64,000 nucleotides of DNA from Gammaproteobacteria bacterium (GTDB taxonomy: Bacteria > Pseudomonadota > Gammaproteobacteria > Pseudomonadales > IMCC2047). The stretch covers positions 1,955-65,954 of the forward strand of contig JAJFKB010000001.1 of assembly GCA_021773395.1 (NCBI GenBank), given 5' to 3'. The notes beneath the pieces are model-generated. The model had not been told where the DNA came from and did not search any database. It saw nothing but the letters and a program-made list of their open reading frames with translations. Of this stretch, positions 9,537 to 18,598 are shown piece by piece. Positions within the stretch are counted from its first letter, which is position 1, and each line of letters opens with the position of its first letter. A program made the translations under genes and the position numbers.

Positions 9537-11006
9537 CTATCTTAACTGACCGATACGGTCATTTGCGTATTCTATAAGCCTAGCATCAATCTGCGGAATT
9601 CGCCTGGCCTGGATATAAGCCTGCAAAGCATCCTCTTTAGCGCCCTGCGCCTCAAGAGAAATCGCCAGCCCTATCCACCACTGCGCATTGCCGGAATCGT
9701 AGCGAAGCAAAGCTCTATATACGCGTACAGATTCCGCATGCAACTCCTGTCTTTGTAATAACGGTGCTAACAGCGACAGGAAACTGATATTCGTCCGCAA
9801 TTCAGCTTCATGCTTTTTCAGCAATGCCAGCGCATCGCTATCTCTAGACTGCTCCATCAGTGCGCGCGCCATCGATATCACAAATTGTCCATATCCTGGT
9901 TTGTACTCCAAACCAACAGCCAGCAATTTTTCTACAGCTGGATAATCACGCTGCTGCAAATAAAGGTTGGCCAACAGGGATCTACCCTGAAACGCTTCGG
10001 GAGCCTCTTCAACAAGGGCCTGCAAACGATTGATTGCCTCCGCTACCTGCCCAGCCCTGACTAACTGCACGGCCTGCTGAGTAACCAAACGCTCTTTTTC
10101 CTGCACCGACAAAACTGCACTGGTTTTATTAAAGGTTGCCTTCACCTGCTCGTCTTTGGCAAGAGGCCTCACCGCAACAGGAGGCTTCACCGGGATAGGA
10201 GGTTTCTCTGAAATAAGAGGCTTCACCGGGTTAAGAGTTTCCACAGATTCGCGGGCTATCATTGGCACATCTTCAGCCGCTGACTCCGCTTCCTCAGCCA
10301 TTGTCTCCAAAGTCGATTCTGGCTCTTTCAGCTCATCACTTTTAGCTTCTACTTCCACCGATTGCTCACCTGTTTGGCCAATCGCTTTAACCCGGATAAA
10401 GTCAACTATCAACCGAATGGAGCCGGACTGGTTCAGCAAATAGGTTTGAAAGGTAACATCCTGTGACAGTTTTACATGAAATTTTAGCCCCCCATCCTGC
10501 GTTGCCACATCGATCGCCTGAATCAGGCCGCTATCGGTCAGGTTAGGCAATAACTGCGAAAGTTGAGCGCCAGGCAAATCGATGGCGATTTCACGGGTAT
10601 CCAGCGCAATGACTCGATGCTGCAAAACCTGCGACAGGCGCATTTCAATACGCGCTCCATTTTCAATTTCGCTAACACCCAACTGTTCAATTTGAACTTC
10701 AGCCGTATTTTCATCGGTGGTTAATATCGAATCGGCAGCCTTTGGAGTCAGCAGTTTTTGCGCCTCGTTATTCAGTCCCTGACGCCCCTCTAATTGCCGT
10801 TGATACTTGTTATACAACCCATAAATAAAATAACCACCCAATACCAAAGCGATTAGTACCAGCACCCAAAACAGCCTTGGTATTCCAAACCGGCTGCCTA
10901 CCGAGGTCGGCGCGGCACTCAATCCGGAGCCATCCTCGCGCAACGTCGGCTGATCGACTGACTTGCGCCGATCCAGATCACGCAGCATATCGTTGACCAA
11001 ACTCAT
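9537..11006 (-). CDS. mshN: MSHA biogenesis protein MshN (TM anchor + TPR)
   Basis: Track ORF runs to 11015. The ATG at 11006 forms an ATGA overlap with the mshM stop (MSLVNDMLRDLD...). It has one TM helix, an acidic and Pro-rich linker (PVKPLISEKPPIPVKPPVAVRP) and C-terminal TPR-like repeats. Confidence 0.8.
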   Translation of the reverse strand: MSLVNDMLRDLDRRKSVDQPTLREDGSGLSAAPTSVGSRFGIPRLFWVLVLIALVLGGYFIYGLYNKYQRQLEGRQGLNNEAQKLLTPKAADSILTTDENTAEVQIEQLGVSEIENGARIEMRLSQVLQHRVIALDTREIAIDLPGAQLSQLLPNLTDSGLIQAIDVATQDGGLKFHVKLSQDVTFQTYLLNQSGSIRLIVDFIRVKAIGQTGEQSVEVEAKSDELKEPESTLETMAEEAESAAEDVPMIARESVETLNPVKPLISEKPPIPVKPPVAVRPLAKDEQVKATFNKTSAVLSVQEKERLVTQQAVQLVRAGQVAEAINRLQALVEEAPEAFQGRSLLANLYLQQRDYPAVEKLLAVGLEYKPGYGQFVISMARALMEQSRDSDALALLKKHEAELRTNISFLSLLAPLLQRQELHAESVRVYRALLRYDSGNAQWWIGLAISLEAQGAKEDALQAYIQARRIPQIDARLIEYANDRIGQLR

Positions 11007-11908
11007 AATCGCCACCCGAAATTATAGCCGGCAAACAACATTGCCAATAACAGCGAACCCAGCAACAACAGTTGCCTTATATTGATTAGAGGGATAGGGA
11101 AAGCACTTTCCGTATCGGCCACAGCCCTGCGAATAAAGGCCGGCGTGATCTGCCGCTCACCCTTACCGTAGGCAACCATCATGGCCTTATGACAGAGTAT
11201 ATTCACCAACCGAGGAATTCCGCGCGATGCCCTGTAAAGCTGTTTTAATGTATTCTTGGGGTAAAGTGCAGCACCGTTGTAGCCTGAGGCCGATAACCGA
11301 TGAGAGATATAGCGTTCGATTGATTCCTGATCCAGCGGCTTGAGATAGTAAGAAAAGGTGATGCGCTGCTTCAGCTGTCTCAAAGATGCCCTATTTAGCA
11401 ACTCATCCAGTTCCGGCTGCCCAAACAAAACTACCTGCAGCAACTTCTGCGTTTCCGTCTCCAGATTAGTCAGTAGACGCAGTGCTTCGATGGTTTCTTC
11501 AGGCATCGCCTGCGCTTCATCGATTAACAGCACGACCAGCTTATCCTGTTGCGCCAGTTCAATCAGCCGCTCATTGATTTTCGCCAGTACCCGATGTTGC
11601 CCCTGATTGCGATGCACGGCCACACCCAGCTCCTCGGCAAACGCAATCCGCATACCTGCAGGTGTCAGGTGGGGGTTCGGAATGTACGCGGTCACATATC
11701 GATCATCCAGGCTGTTTAGCAACTGCCGACAGAGAATGGTTTTACCGGTTCCGACCTCGCCGATAATTTTGATAAACCCAGCAGCGTTTTCCAGGCCCAC
11801 CACCAGTAAATTCAATGCCTCCTGGTGGCTTCCGATATTCAGAAAAAATTGTGTGTTAGGGGTCAAAGAAAATGGCATCTCATTGAGCCCGAAGTGCTTC
11901 AGGTACAT
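11003..11908 (-). CDS. mshM: MSHA biogenesis ATPase MshM (ExeA-like AAA)
   Basis: Walker A GEVGTGKT and Walker B VLLIDEAQ, 301 aa. Confidence 0.85.
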   Translation of the reverse strand: MYLKHFGLNEMPFSLTPNTQFFLNIGSHQEALNLLVVGLENAAGFIKIIGEVGTGKTILCRQLLNSLDDRYVTAYIPNPHLTPAGMRIAFAEELGVAVHRNQGQHRVLAKINERLIELAQQDKLVVLLIDEAQAMPEETIEALRLLTNLETETQKLLQVVLFGQPELDELLNRASLRQLKQRITFSYYLKPLDQESIERYISHRLSASGYNGAALYPKNTLKQLYRASRGIPRLVNILCHKAMMVAYGKGERQITPAFIRRAVADTESAFPIPLINIRQLLLLGSLLLAMLFAGYNFGWRL

Positions 11909-11922
11909 GCCAATGTCATCGC

Positions 11923-13662
11923 CTATTTAAACCAACCTGGCTGCAGAGCTTGCCGAAGTTCGCTCATATTTTCTTTGCTTGATTGAATGTCATTCCGCCA
12001 GGCAGCATCATCGGCAATGATAGGTTTCAAAAGGATAATCAGCTCACTTTTACCGGAACGCTGCAGTTTTTGTCGAAACAGATGTCCAAACAAGGGAACG
12101 TTACCAACACCGGGTGTTTTGGCAGTATCGTCAATCGCTGTATTCTGCATCAGCCCACCAATGACCACCACTTGACCGGATCGGGCACGTACAATACTGT
12201 CCGATTCTCGAATCGTACTGAGTGCCAATGGCAGAGTTAGTTGCCCTGTGGGAGAGGCAACAGTCTTGGATTGATCTACAACCTCACTAACGGTGGGATG
12301 GACATGCAGGATAATCTCACCGGATTCACTGATCTGTGGCGTGACATCCAGCGCGATACCCGAGAAAAAGGGTGTTAACTCGACATCCACAGTGGGTGTA
12401 CTGGAAGTCGTAGTAGTGGTGGTTTGAGAGGAAACCTCCGTCACAAAGAACTCATCGGTACCCACCTTGATGACCGCTTTTTGGTTGTTAACTGTAGACA
12501 CCCTGGGGCTGGACAACACCTGTACAGTACCCTGGGTTGACAATAAATCAATCAGCCCATTGAAATCCTTTAGATTTAAGGCCGCGCTAAATACCCCTCC
12601 AATATCCGCGCCAATGTCCGAATCACCACCTCCAGGCACGTTCAGCAGGGTATCGCTCAGGGTCGTTCCACCACTACTGGTAACCAAGCGCGGCCCTTGA
12701 GTCAGGCCAGTGCCATAAATAACATTTTTCCCATCACTCACTTTATTGATGGCAGTCCAGTTTATCCCAGCCTGAAATCCATCATTCAACTGCACTTCCA
12801 GAATTTTGGCTTCCAGAATCACCTGTCGCCGCAGCGACAACTCTGCTTTATCCAAAAAATCCTGCACTGCACGTAATTGTTTGGGATAGGCCCTGACCAC
12901 TACCAGACCTGCCTGCGGTGACACCACTACCTTGTGTCCCTCGCCAGGGCCGATAATCATAGTCAGCGTGCTGGTCAGCGAACTCCAAAAATCAGCGCTG
13001 GTCTGTGTCCTGACGCGAGTCCCAATAACCGAGCTACTCCCTCCCGCATCACTCAGATTACCCGCATCCATATCATTTTCAGCAGAGGACTGTGCAGTAT
13101 CAGCATTGGTGACCTGCCCGGCACTCACCTGGGTTTCAGAAGAGCCAAACCTTTGTACATTAAGATAATCAATCTTAAACATTTGCGTGCGTACATCCGT
13201 CGCCAGCACACGATACAGTTGACCTGATTTGACGTAATCAAAGCCATACACGTCACGCACAATTTTCATCACCTCATCGACGGTGACATTTTTCAACTCC
13301 AGACTGACTTCACCCGTCACATCAGGATGTACCGCCATGTTATAGGCCGTATCTTTAACCAGTCCAATAAAAAAATCTTTAGCGGGCATGGCTTCTACGG
13401 AAATATCAAATCGTTCGGCAAGCGGATCCTCTAGCTCTGAACCCACTGCTAAGGGAGGTAATAGCGCATCGCTAATGCTTTCCGGCGGTTTCACCGCAGT
13501 CGCTCCACTCTCTTGCTGCAGGCTTTCTTCCAGTTCCTGCTCAATCTGACGGGCAGAGGACACATCCAGACTAGGACCAGTCTGCACTACCTGGCAGCCT
13601 GTCAACCAGATTGCTGCCACAACTATCCACCCTTTGGTAAACCCAGGCATCGGTTTCTCCAT
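11923..13662 (-). CDS. mshL: MSHA secretin MshL
   Basis: 579 aa with lipobox WLTGC and a C-terminal secretin domain (VVVIGGLMQN...VPLFGHLFR). Confidence 0.9.
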   Translation of the reverse strand: MEKPMPGFTKGWIVVAAIWLTGCQVVQTGPSLDVSSARQIEQELEESLQQESGATAVKPPESISDALLPPLAVGSELEDPLAERFDISVEAMPAKDFFIGLVKDTAYNMAVHPDVTGEVSLELKNVTVDEVMKIVRDVYGFDYVKSGQLYRVLATDVRTQMFKIDYLNVQRFGSSETQVSAGQVTNADTAQSSAENDMDAGNLSDAGGSSSVIGTRVRTQTSADFWSSLTSTLTMIIGPGEGHKVVVSPQAGLVVVRAYPKQLRAVQDFLDKAELSLRRQVILEAKILEVQLNDGFQAGINWTAINKVSDGKNVIYGTGLTQGPRLVTSSGGTTLSDTLLNVPGGGDSDIGADIGGVFSAALNLKDFNGLIDLLSTQGTVQVLSSPRVSTVNNQKAVIKVGTDEFFVTEVSSQTTTTTTSSTPTVDVELTPFFSGIALDVTPQISESGEIILHVHPTVSEVVDQSKTVASPTGQLTLPLALSTIRESDSIVRARSGQVVVIGGLMQNTAIDDTAKTPGVGNVPLFGHLFRQKLQRSGKSELIILLKPIIADDAAWRNDIQSSKENMSELRQALQPGWFK

Positions 13663-14040
13663 TTATCTTTTGTTTTGCCGTTTTTTAAAATTATTATCAG
13701 AAAGCGCCACCTTAAAGCGTGCCCCCTGTGCTTCAATTATTACGTTGAAACTATCTATTTTCCGTACCACTCCTTCCCCGATCTGCTGCCCCTCCTTGAC
13801 ATAAATTCCGTTAATAACTGCCGTTCGACGCTGCTCACTGACAATAATTGAGCTGAGTTTATAACGTTTCTTCAACTGCTGAATAAAAGAACTATCCGAC
13901 CCGGTATAGTAATCCGGGCGAGTGGGATCAACCAGGCCCGATCCGTTGGCATAGCTGTCTATCACACAAGTTTGCAATAACAGTATGAACAGACATATTG
14001 TGGCAGGCCTTAGCGCCAATATTTTCAGCCTGTTACTCAT
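13663..14040 (-). CDS. mshK: MSHA biogenesis protein MshK (PilP-like)
   Basis: Track ORF runs to 14052. The ATG at 14040 gives an ATGA overlap with the mshJ stop. It has a signal peptide and a small beta-rich C-terminus (AVINGIYVKEGQQIGEG). Confidence 0.65.
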   Translation of the reverse strand: MSNRLKILALRPATICLFILLLQTCVIDSYANGSGLVDPTRPDYYTGSDSSFIQQLKKRYKLSSIIVSEQRRTAVINGIYVKEGQQIGEGVVRKIDSFNVIIEAQGARFKVALSDNNFKKRQNKR

Positions 14041-14711
14041 ACGCCTATCCACCCGGAATTAGTGCTTAACGTGTTGATTTCCAGACGCACTGACGCTTTG
14101 GGATATTCCTGGACTTCATAGTGCAGACTACTCCAAAGCACCTGCCAGGGAAGCGCTTCAAGTTTCTGTAAATAGTTCAGGGTATCGAAATAGTTCCCCT
14201 CTAACTCAAGCCTGACGCCGTGACGATAGAGGACTTGTGTATCCTCCGACACCGCAATTTCTTTTCCCGACTCAGTCTTACCTCCCGACAGTTTCTTGGA
14301 GGGCAGACTGACCACCTTGACCAGTTTGAGATTGTTGTTTTCTCTGAGCACCTGCTCCAGCACTTTAGCCATCTGCTTCGGCGGAATCAGGTTAGACGTT
14401 AAGGTCTGCAGTCGCTGATCCATTTCAGCGACAGCGCTCGATAACTGATCTCGACGCTGCTTCAATTCACTATTCGGGTCCCGATTAACCGCAGCCATTA
14501 ACTCAGCAAGCTCTTTCGATTGCTTGGAAATTTGACTCTCCAGCGCACTCATTTGCTGCTTAAGTTGCTTGGATTCCCGCTGCACAGGTCCGAACAACAG
14601 TGCATCCCACAGAAACACCAATACTGCTAATCCGAGTATCAATACAATGTTTCGCTCACGCATACTAAGTGCGTGAAACCTTTCCACCAGCATGGTTTTA
14701 GCGGAAGTCAT
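14037..14711 (-). CDS. mshJ: MSHA biogenesis protein MshJ (PilO-like)
   Basis: 224 aa with an N-terminal TM helix followed by a coiled coil. Gene order supports the call. Confidence 0.75.
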   Translation of the reverse strand: MTSAKTMLVERFHALSMRERNIVLILGLAVLVFLWDALLFGPVQRESKQLKQQMSALESQISKQSKELAELMAAVNRDPNSELKQRRDQLSSAVAEMDQRLQTLTSNLIPPKQMAKVLEQVLRENNNLKLVKVVSLPSKKLSGGKTESGKEIAVSEDTQVLYRHGVRLELEGNYFDTLNYLQKLEALPWQVLWSSLHYEVQEYPKASVRLEINTLSTNSGWIGV

Positions 14712-15310
14712 TAGGGTGTCTCCTCCTGTTCCGCTCGAACGTCAAATGACATCACCCGGCCTGAGGACGCATTAGTTAGATTAAAAATATTAAACTCCGT
14801 ACCCTGAAAAGCGGCCTCTTTACCCAGTCTCTGTATCAATTGGGGTACAGTCTCAGGCTTACTTGTTTGTCCCTGCAGGCCAATCTTAGCACCGCCTTCG
14901 TTCAGATCTATTTTGGTTAACCACAGTCCTTTGATATGACGTCTTGCCAGACCCTCCATGAAACTGGAAAAACCACCCACATTGCCAATCCGTTGCAAAT
15001 TCAATGCTTTGAGCAACTGTCTCGTGGCTTCCTCCTTCCTAGTTAGCTCTGCAACCTCTGCTTCGAGATTCTGATCAAGAATGCCATCCGGTAACTGTTG
15101 CCTGATGGCTTCAATATTTTGCGCCTCTCTTTCCTGGCGATTCTTGGCTAACTCTAACTGATCCTGCAACTCCCAATAGCTCCACAAGCTATATCCAGAA
15201 CCCAGGATCATCAGCAACGCAAGCCCGATAGCCACCTGAGGGAATGGCGAGTAGTCGCGCCAAATATTTACCTCCGGCGGCGCTTCATACAGGTTGATCT
15301 GCTGGCTCAT
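14711..15310 (-). CDS. PilN-like MSHA assembly protein (C-terminal half of V. cholerae-type MshI, here a separate ORF)
   Basis: 199 aa. MSQQINLYEAPPE, then a TM helix, then a coiled coil, which is the PilN architecture. ATGA overlap with the upstream ORF. Confidence 0.7.
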   Translation of the reverse strand: MSQQINLYEAPPEVNIWRDYSPFPQVAIGLALLMILGSGYSLWSYWELQDQLELAKNRQEREAQNIEAIRQQLPDGILDQNLEAEVAELTRKEEATRQLLKALNLQRIGNVGGFSSFMEGLARRHIKGLWLTKIDLNEGGAKIGLQGQTSKPETVPQLIQRLGKEAAFQGTEFNIFNLTNASSGRVMSFDVRAEQEETP

Positions 15311-16230
15311 CAGGATTCAGGCCTCATAGCACCTGCTACCGCCAACACACAGCTTTGCTGCATATCCAGAGGCATGCCCTCCGCCCCCTCCAGGATGGCA
15401 GGCAGATCCAGCAAATCAACTCGAACTCCCAAATTTGCATCTAGTGCCTCGCTGAGGTGGACAATGCCACCGGCTAATGGCGTCAGGAACAGATGCGTCG
15501 CAGGCGCTTGGCCTAACTGGCTCTCGTAATAATCCAATGATCGCTGAATCTCCAGTACCAGATGATTAAAGGCATCAGATTCAGATAGTATTGAGTTTTC
15601 GAGCTGACTGATGTTAGCTCTTATGCCTCTGCTTAAGTATAGGCTACTATTTCTGATCAAGTTGATCATGCCCTGCTTGGGCTGAAGATACATCAACGCA
15701 GTTCCCTGGTGGCCAAGGTCATCATTGCGCAACAGATTATTGAGCGCAGTTTCAGCCACATCGATATACTTTAACTGTAAGCCAGCTCCCTCAATCAGGT
15801 GTCTTGCATCATCAATGATAGATTGCTTCGCAACCACCACATACACCATTTGCCTGCCACTGGGAAAAGCATCTTCCGGCAGCTGAATAACATCAACTGC
15901 GGCGCTGCCGACATCAAAATCTACCAGATCCTTAATGCGCCAGCGCACCGCCTGCTTCAGCTCATCATCAGGAACATCAGGTGATTCAATCAATAACAGT
16001 TGGTATTGCCCTTGGGATAGAATAATAGTAGCAGGTGCACCTTGAAGCTTTAATTTACCAACCGCTTTCTTGAGGACCGAGTCATGCTCTGAAGCACTAT
16101 CGCAGGGACTGAATTCGTATGAGGACAGAAGCGGTCTAGGTGAACCGTTCATCTGCAGATGACAGACAGCGATGCCATTAGCTTGGACGCTGACGCCAAC
16201 TAGTCCTTTTATATTTTTTTTTGCCTGCAA
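15310..16230 (-). CDS. mshI: PilM-like MSHA assembly protein MshI
   Basis: 306 aa, actin-like PilM-type, first gene of the locus. There is no ATG start. The track start is TTG at 16230 and the frame is open back to 16299, so the true start is uncertain. Confidence 0.75.
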   Translation of the reverse strand: MQAKKNIKGLVGVSVQANGIAVCHLQMNGSPRPLLSSYEFSPCDSASEHDSVLKKAVGKLKLQGAPATIILSQGQYQLLLIESPDVPDDELKQAVRWRIKDLVDFDVGSAAVDVIQLPEDAFPSGRQMVYVVVAKQSIIDDARHLIEGAGLQLKYIDVAETALNNLLRNDDLGHQGTALMYLQPKQGMINLIRNSSLYLSRGIRANISQLENSILSESDAFNHLVLEIQRSLDYYESQLGQAPATHLFLTPLAGGIVHLSEALDANLGVRVDLLDLPAILEGAEGMPLDMQQSCVLAVAGAMRPES

Positions 16231-16498
16231 GAAACTAAACAGAGCCCACCCCCTTAATGTTGCTCCTTCCCAGCCAGCTTTCCCGGATAAATCTCTGGAT
16301 TATTTTTATTGGTTATCATCTATACCGCTGAACAACCGGGCTGAATTCTAGACAAATAATTTAATAAAATCAAAAAGAATCAAGAAATACTTAAATTAAA
16401 TTGTAGCAAAAGATTTTGATTAATCATGCTTTTGGCTTTATTTAATATCGGCCACTGATTATATTCCTTTATCGAGCCTCTCTTTCAGATTACTCCAC

Positions 16499-16963
16499 AT
16501 GCTAAATATTGTTTTATACGAACCGGAAATTCCACCTAACACGGGCAATATTATCCGCCTGTGCGCAAATACTGGATGTCAGCTCCACTTAATCAAACCC
16601 TTAGGGTTTGATTTTGATGATAAACGTTTACGTCGAGCCGGACTGGACTACCATGAATGGGCCAGTGTCAAACTGTATGACTCGCTGGATGACTACTATC
16701 AATCACATCCCGACTCAAAGATCTATGCGTTGACAACAAAAGCCAGGAATTGCTACGCAACTGTCAGTTTTACGGAAGGGGATACTATTATTTTTGGCCC
16801 CGAAACAAGGGGGCTTCCGGATAACGAAAGAGGCAAAATTTCAGCCCAACAGCAACTGCGCATCCCCATGCTGGAAAATAGTCGCAGCCTGAATCTCTCG
16901 AATTCAGTTGCTGTTGTCGTTTACGAAGCCTTGCGGCAGATGGACTTCCCCGGCGGCCGCTAG
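16499..16963 (+). CDS. trmL: tRNA (cytidine/uridine-2'-O-)-methyltransferase TrmL
   Basis: 154 aa SpoU-type protein. MLNIVLYEPEIPPNTGNIIRLCANTG closely resembles E. coli YibK/TrmL. Confidence 0.9.
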   Translation: MLNIVLYEPEIPPNTGNIIRLCANTGCQLHLIKPLGFDFDDKRLRRAGLDYHEWASVKLYDSLDDYYQSHPDSKIYALTTKARNCYATVSFTEGDTIIFGPETRGLPDNERGKISAQQQLRIPMLENSRSLNLSNSVAVVVYEALRQMDFPGGR

Positions 16964-17001
16964 TCTGGCCGCGCAGGAAAATTCAGGAGGAACGAGAAGG
17001 G

Positions 17002-17511
17002 CTAGTGCGTCACCTCTGCATCGCCAGCTTCACCCGTCTGTTCCGCTTGACGTCTTTTCGCTTCAGCGAAAATCGCATCAAAATTCACCGGGGCAAGCTG
17101 CATCGGAGGGAAACTGCCTCTTACCATCAGATTATCAACCGCTTCACGCGCATAAGGGAATAATATGTTCGGACAAAACGCCCCTATCGTGCGCTCCAAG
17201 TTGGCGTCATCCAGCCCCTTAACAGCAAACACGCCCGCTTGCTGAATTTCCGCAAGGTAAGCGGCTTCGTCGTTGTTTTCTACCGTAATAGTCAGCGTTA
17301 AAACAACCTCGTATATATCGTCTTTTATCTTTTTGGCACTGGTATTGACATCCATTTTTACCTGCGGCGCCCATTTTTCCTGGAACACGAGGGGTGCACG
17401 TGGGGACTCAAAAGACAGGTCTTTAACGTAGATGCGCTGCAATGCGAATTGCGGCTGATCAGCCTGATTTTCAGCGGCTGCTTGTTGGTTTGTCTGTTCG
17501 TTATCTGCCAT
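17002..17511 (-). CDS. secB: Protein-export chaperone SecB
   Basis: QFALQRIYVKDLSFESP... with an acidic C-terminus. Sits in the secB-grxC-rhodanese synteny. Confidence 0.92.
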   Translation of the reverse strand: MADNEQTNQQAAAENQADQPQFALQRIYVKDLSFESPRAPLVFQEKWAPQVKMDVNTSAKKIKDDIYEVVLTLTITVENNDEAAYLAEIQQAGVFAVKGLDDANLERTIGAFCPNILFPYAREAVDNLMVRGSFPPMQLAPVNFDAIFAEAKRRQAEQTGEAGDAEVTH

Positions 17512-17535
17512 AACTTATCCTTTCAATATATTTCA

Positions 17536-17802
17536 TTAACTCAGTAAATTATCCAGCTCACCCGCCGCTTCGAGCATACTCAATTCGCTAAAGCCACCAA
17601 TATGCTGATCACCAATCCAGATCTGCGGCACAGTGTGCCTTCCGCTCAGTCTCTGCATCTCTTGTCTTAACGCAAGATCGTAATCAATACGAAGCTCTTG
17701 ATACTCAACGCCTTTGCTCTTAAGCAGCATGCGCGCCCGGATACAGTAGGGACAAAATTGCGTCGTATAAATGCGGACTTTATCCTGGTGTTCTGCTTGC
17801 AT
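17536..17802 (-). CDS. grxC: Glutaredoxin 3
   Basis: 88 aa with the CPYC active site (IYTTQFCPYCIRA). Confidence 0.9.
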   Translation of the reverse strand: MQAEHQDKVRIYTTQFCPYCIRARMLLKSKGVEYQELRIDYDLALRQEMQRLSGRHTVPQIWIGDQHIGGFSELSMLEAAGELDNLLS

Positions 17803-17807
17803 TGTAC

Positions 17808-18239
17808 CTAGGTTTTAACCACCGGCAGATTGGAGTTACCCCACTCTGCCATGCCACCAGACATACGTTTTACCTGGGTAAAACCGGATTTCATCAAAAC
17901 TTTTCCAGCGGCACTCGAATGCTGGCCCATTTTGCAAACCAGAATCACCGGTTTCTCTTTATACTTTTCGAGATCAGTCAAATGTGATGACAGGCTGGTA
18001 TAGGGTACATTCAGCGCACCGACAATATGTCCTGCGTTATACTCTGACTGCGAGCGCAAATCCAAAACAATCGCCTGTTCCCTGTTGATCAGCTGGGTTG
18101 CCTGCTGCGTTGATACCGACAAACCACCACGCTTGTTTTCTGTCACCAACAGCGCCACCAATAACACTGCAAATGCTCCGGCCAGGGCAAGATGATTACC
18201 AATAAATTCGAATACCTGATCCAATGTCCAGCTCCGCAT
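17808..18239 (-). CDS. Rhodanese-domain inner-membrane protein (YibN-like)
   Basis: Track ORF runs to 18263 (GTG). The ATG at 18239 aligns better with E. coli YibN (N-terminal TM then a rhodanese domain, VCKMGQHS loop). Confidence 0.8.
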   Translation of the reverse strand: MRSWTLDQVFEFIGNHLALAGAFAVLLVALLVTENKRGGLSVSTQQATQLINREQAIVLDLRSQSEYNAGHIVGALNVPYTSLSSHLTDLEKYKEKPVILVCKMGQHSSAAGKVLMKSGFTQVKRMSGGMAEWGNSNLPVVKT

Positions 18240-18421
18240 TAAAAACGATGCGAGAGTATACACCGCAATCCAATTCGACTAAACAATTCCTGTAAATTAA
18301 TAGCCCTCTATTGCCGTAAACACCGCAAAGAACAAACATTGACAGGAATTTGGTAGCTCTACAAACGTCATTTTTTCTTTGTCATGGTTATTAGTCGCCA
18401 GTCCAGTTAGAATTCTATATA

Positions 18422-18558
18422 AGACCTTTGCAGAATGTAGCGAGCGACGGCAAGACAAGGCGAAAATCGGCTAAAAAGCGGCTTTTATACTTATAAATGA
18501 GCATTTTGAGCCGGTTTTTAACACAGTATTGCCTAGCGTAGTAATTATGCAGAGGTCT
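18422..18558. repeat. ~137-bp imperfect palindromic intergenic element (ERIC/MITE-like)
   Basis: Left arm AGACCTTTGCAGAATGTAGCG...GGCAAGAC...GAAAATCGGCTAAAAAGC. The reverse complement of the right arm is AGACCTCTGCATAATTACTACG...GGCAATAC...TAAAAACCGGCTCAAAATGC. Shared blocks are AGACCT, TGCA, GGCAA, CGGCT and AAAA. The centre is near 18490. Confidence 0.5.
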
Positions 18559-18598
18559 CTATCTTTTACCGCACAATGTATTGGGCCATTTAACGAGT

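Noticed and set aside
10150-10260. Short tandem-looking repeats (AGGCTTCACCGGG) on the plus strand
   Set aside because: They lie inside mshN and simply encode its Pro-rich PVKP linker. They are not an independent repeat element.
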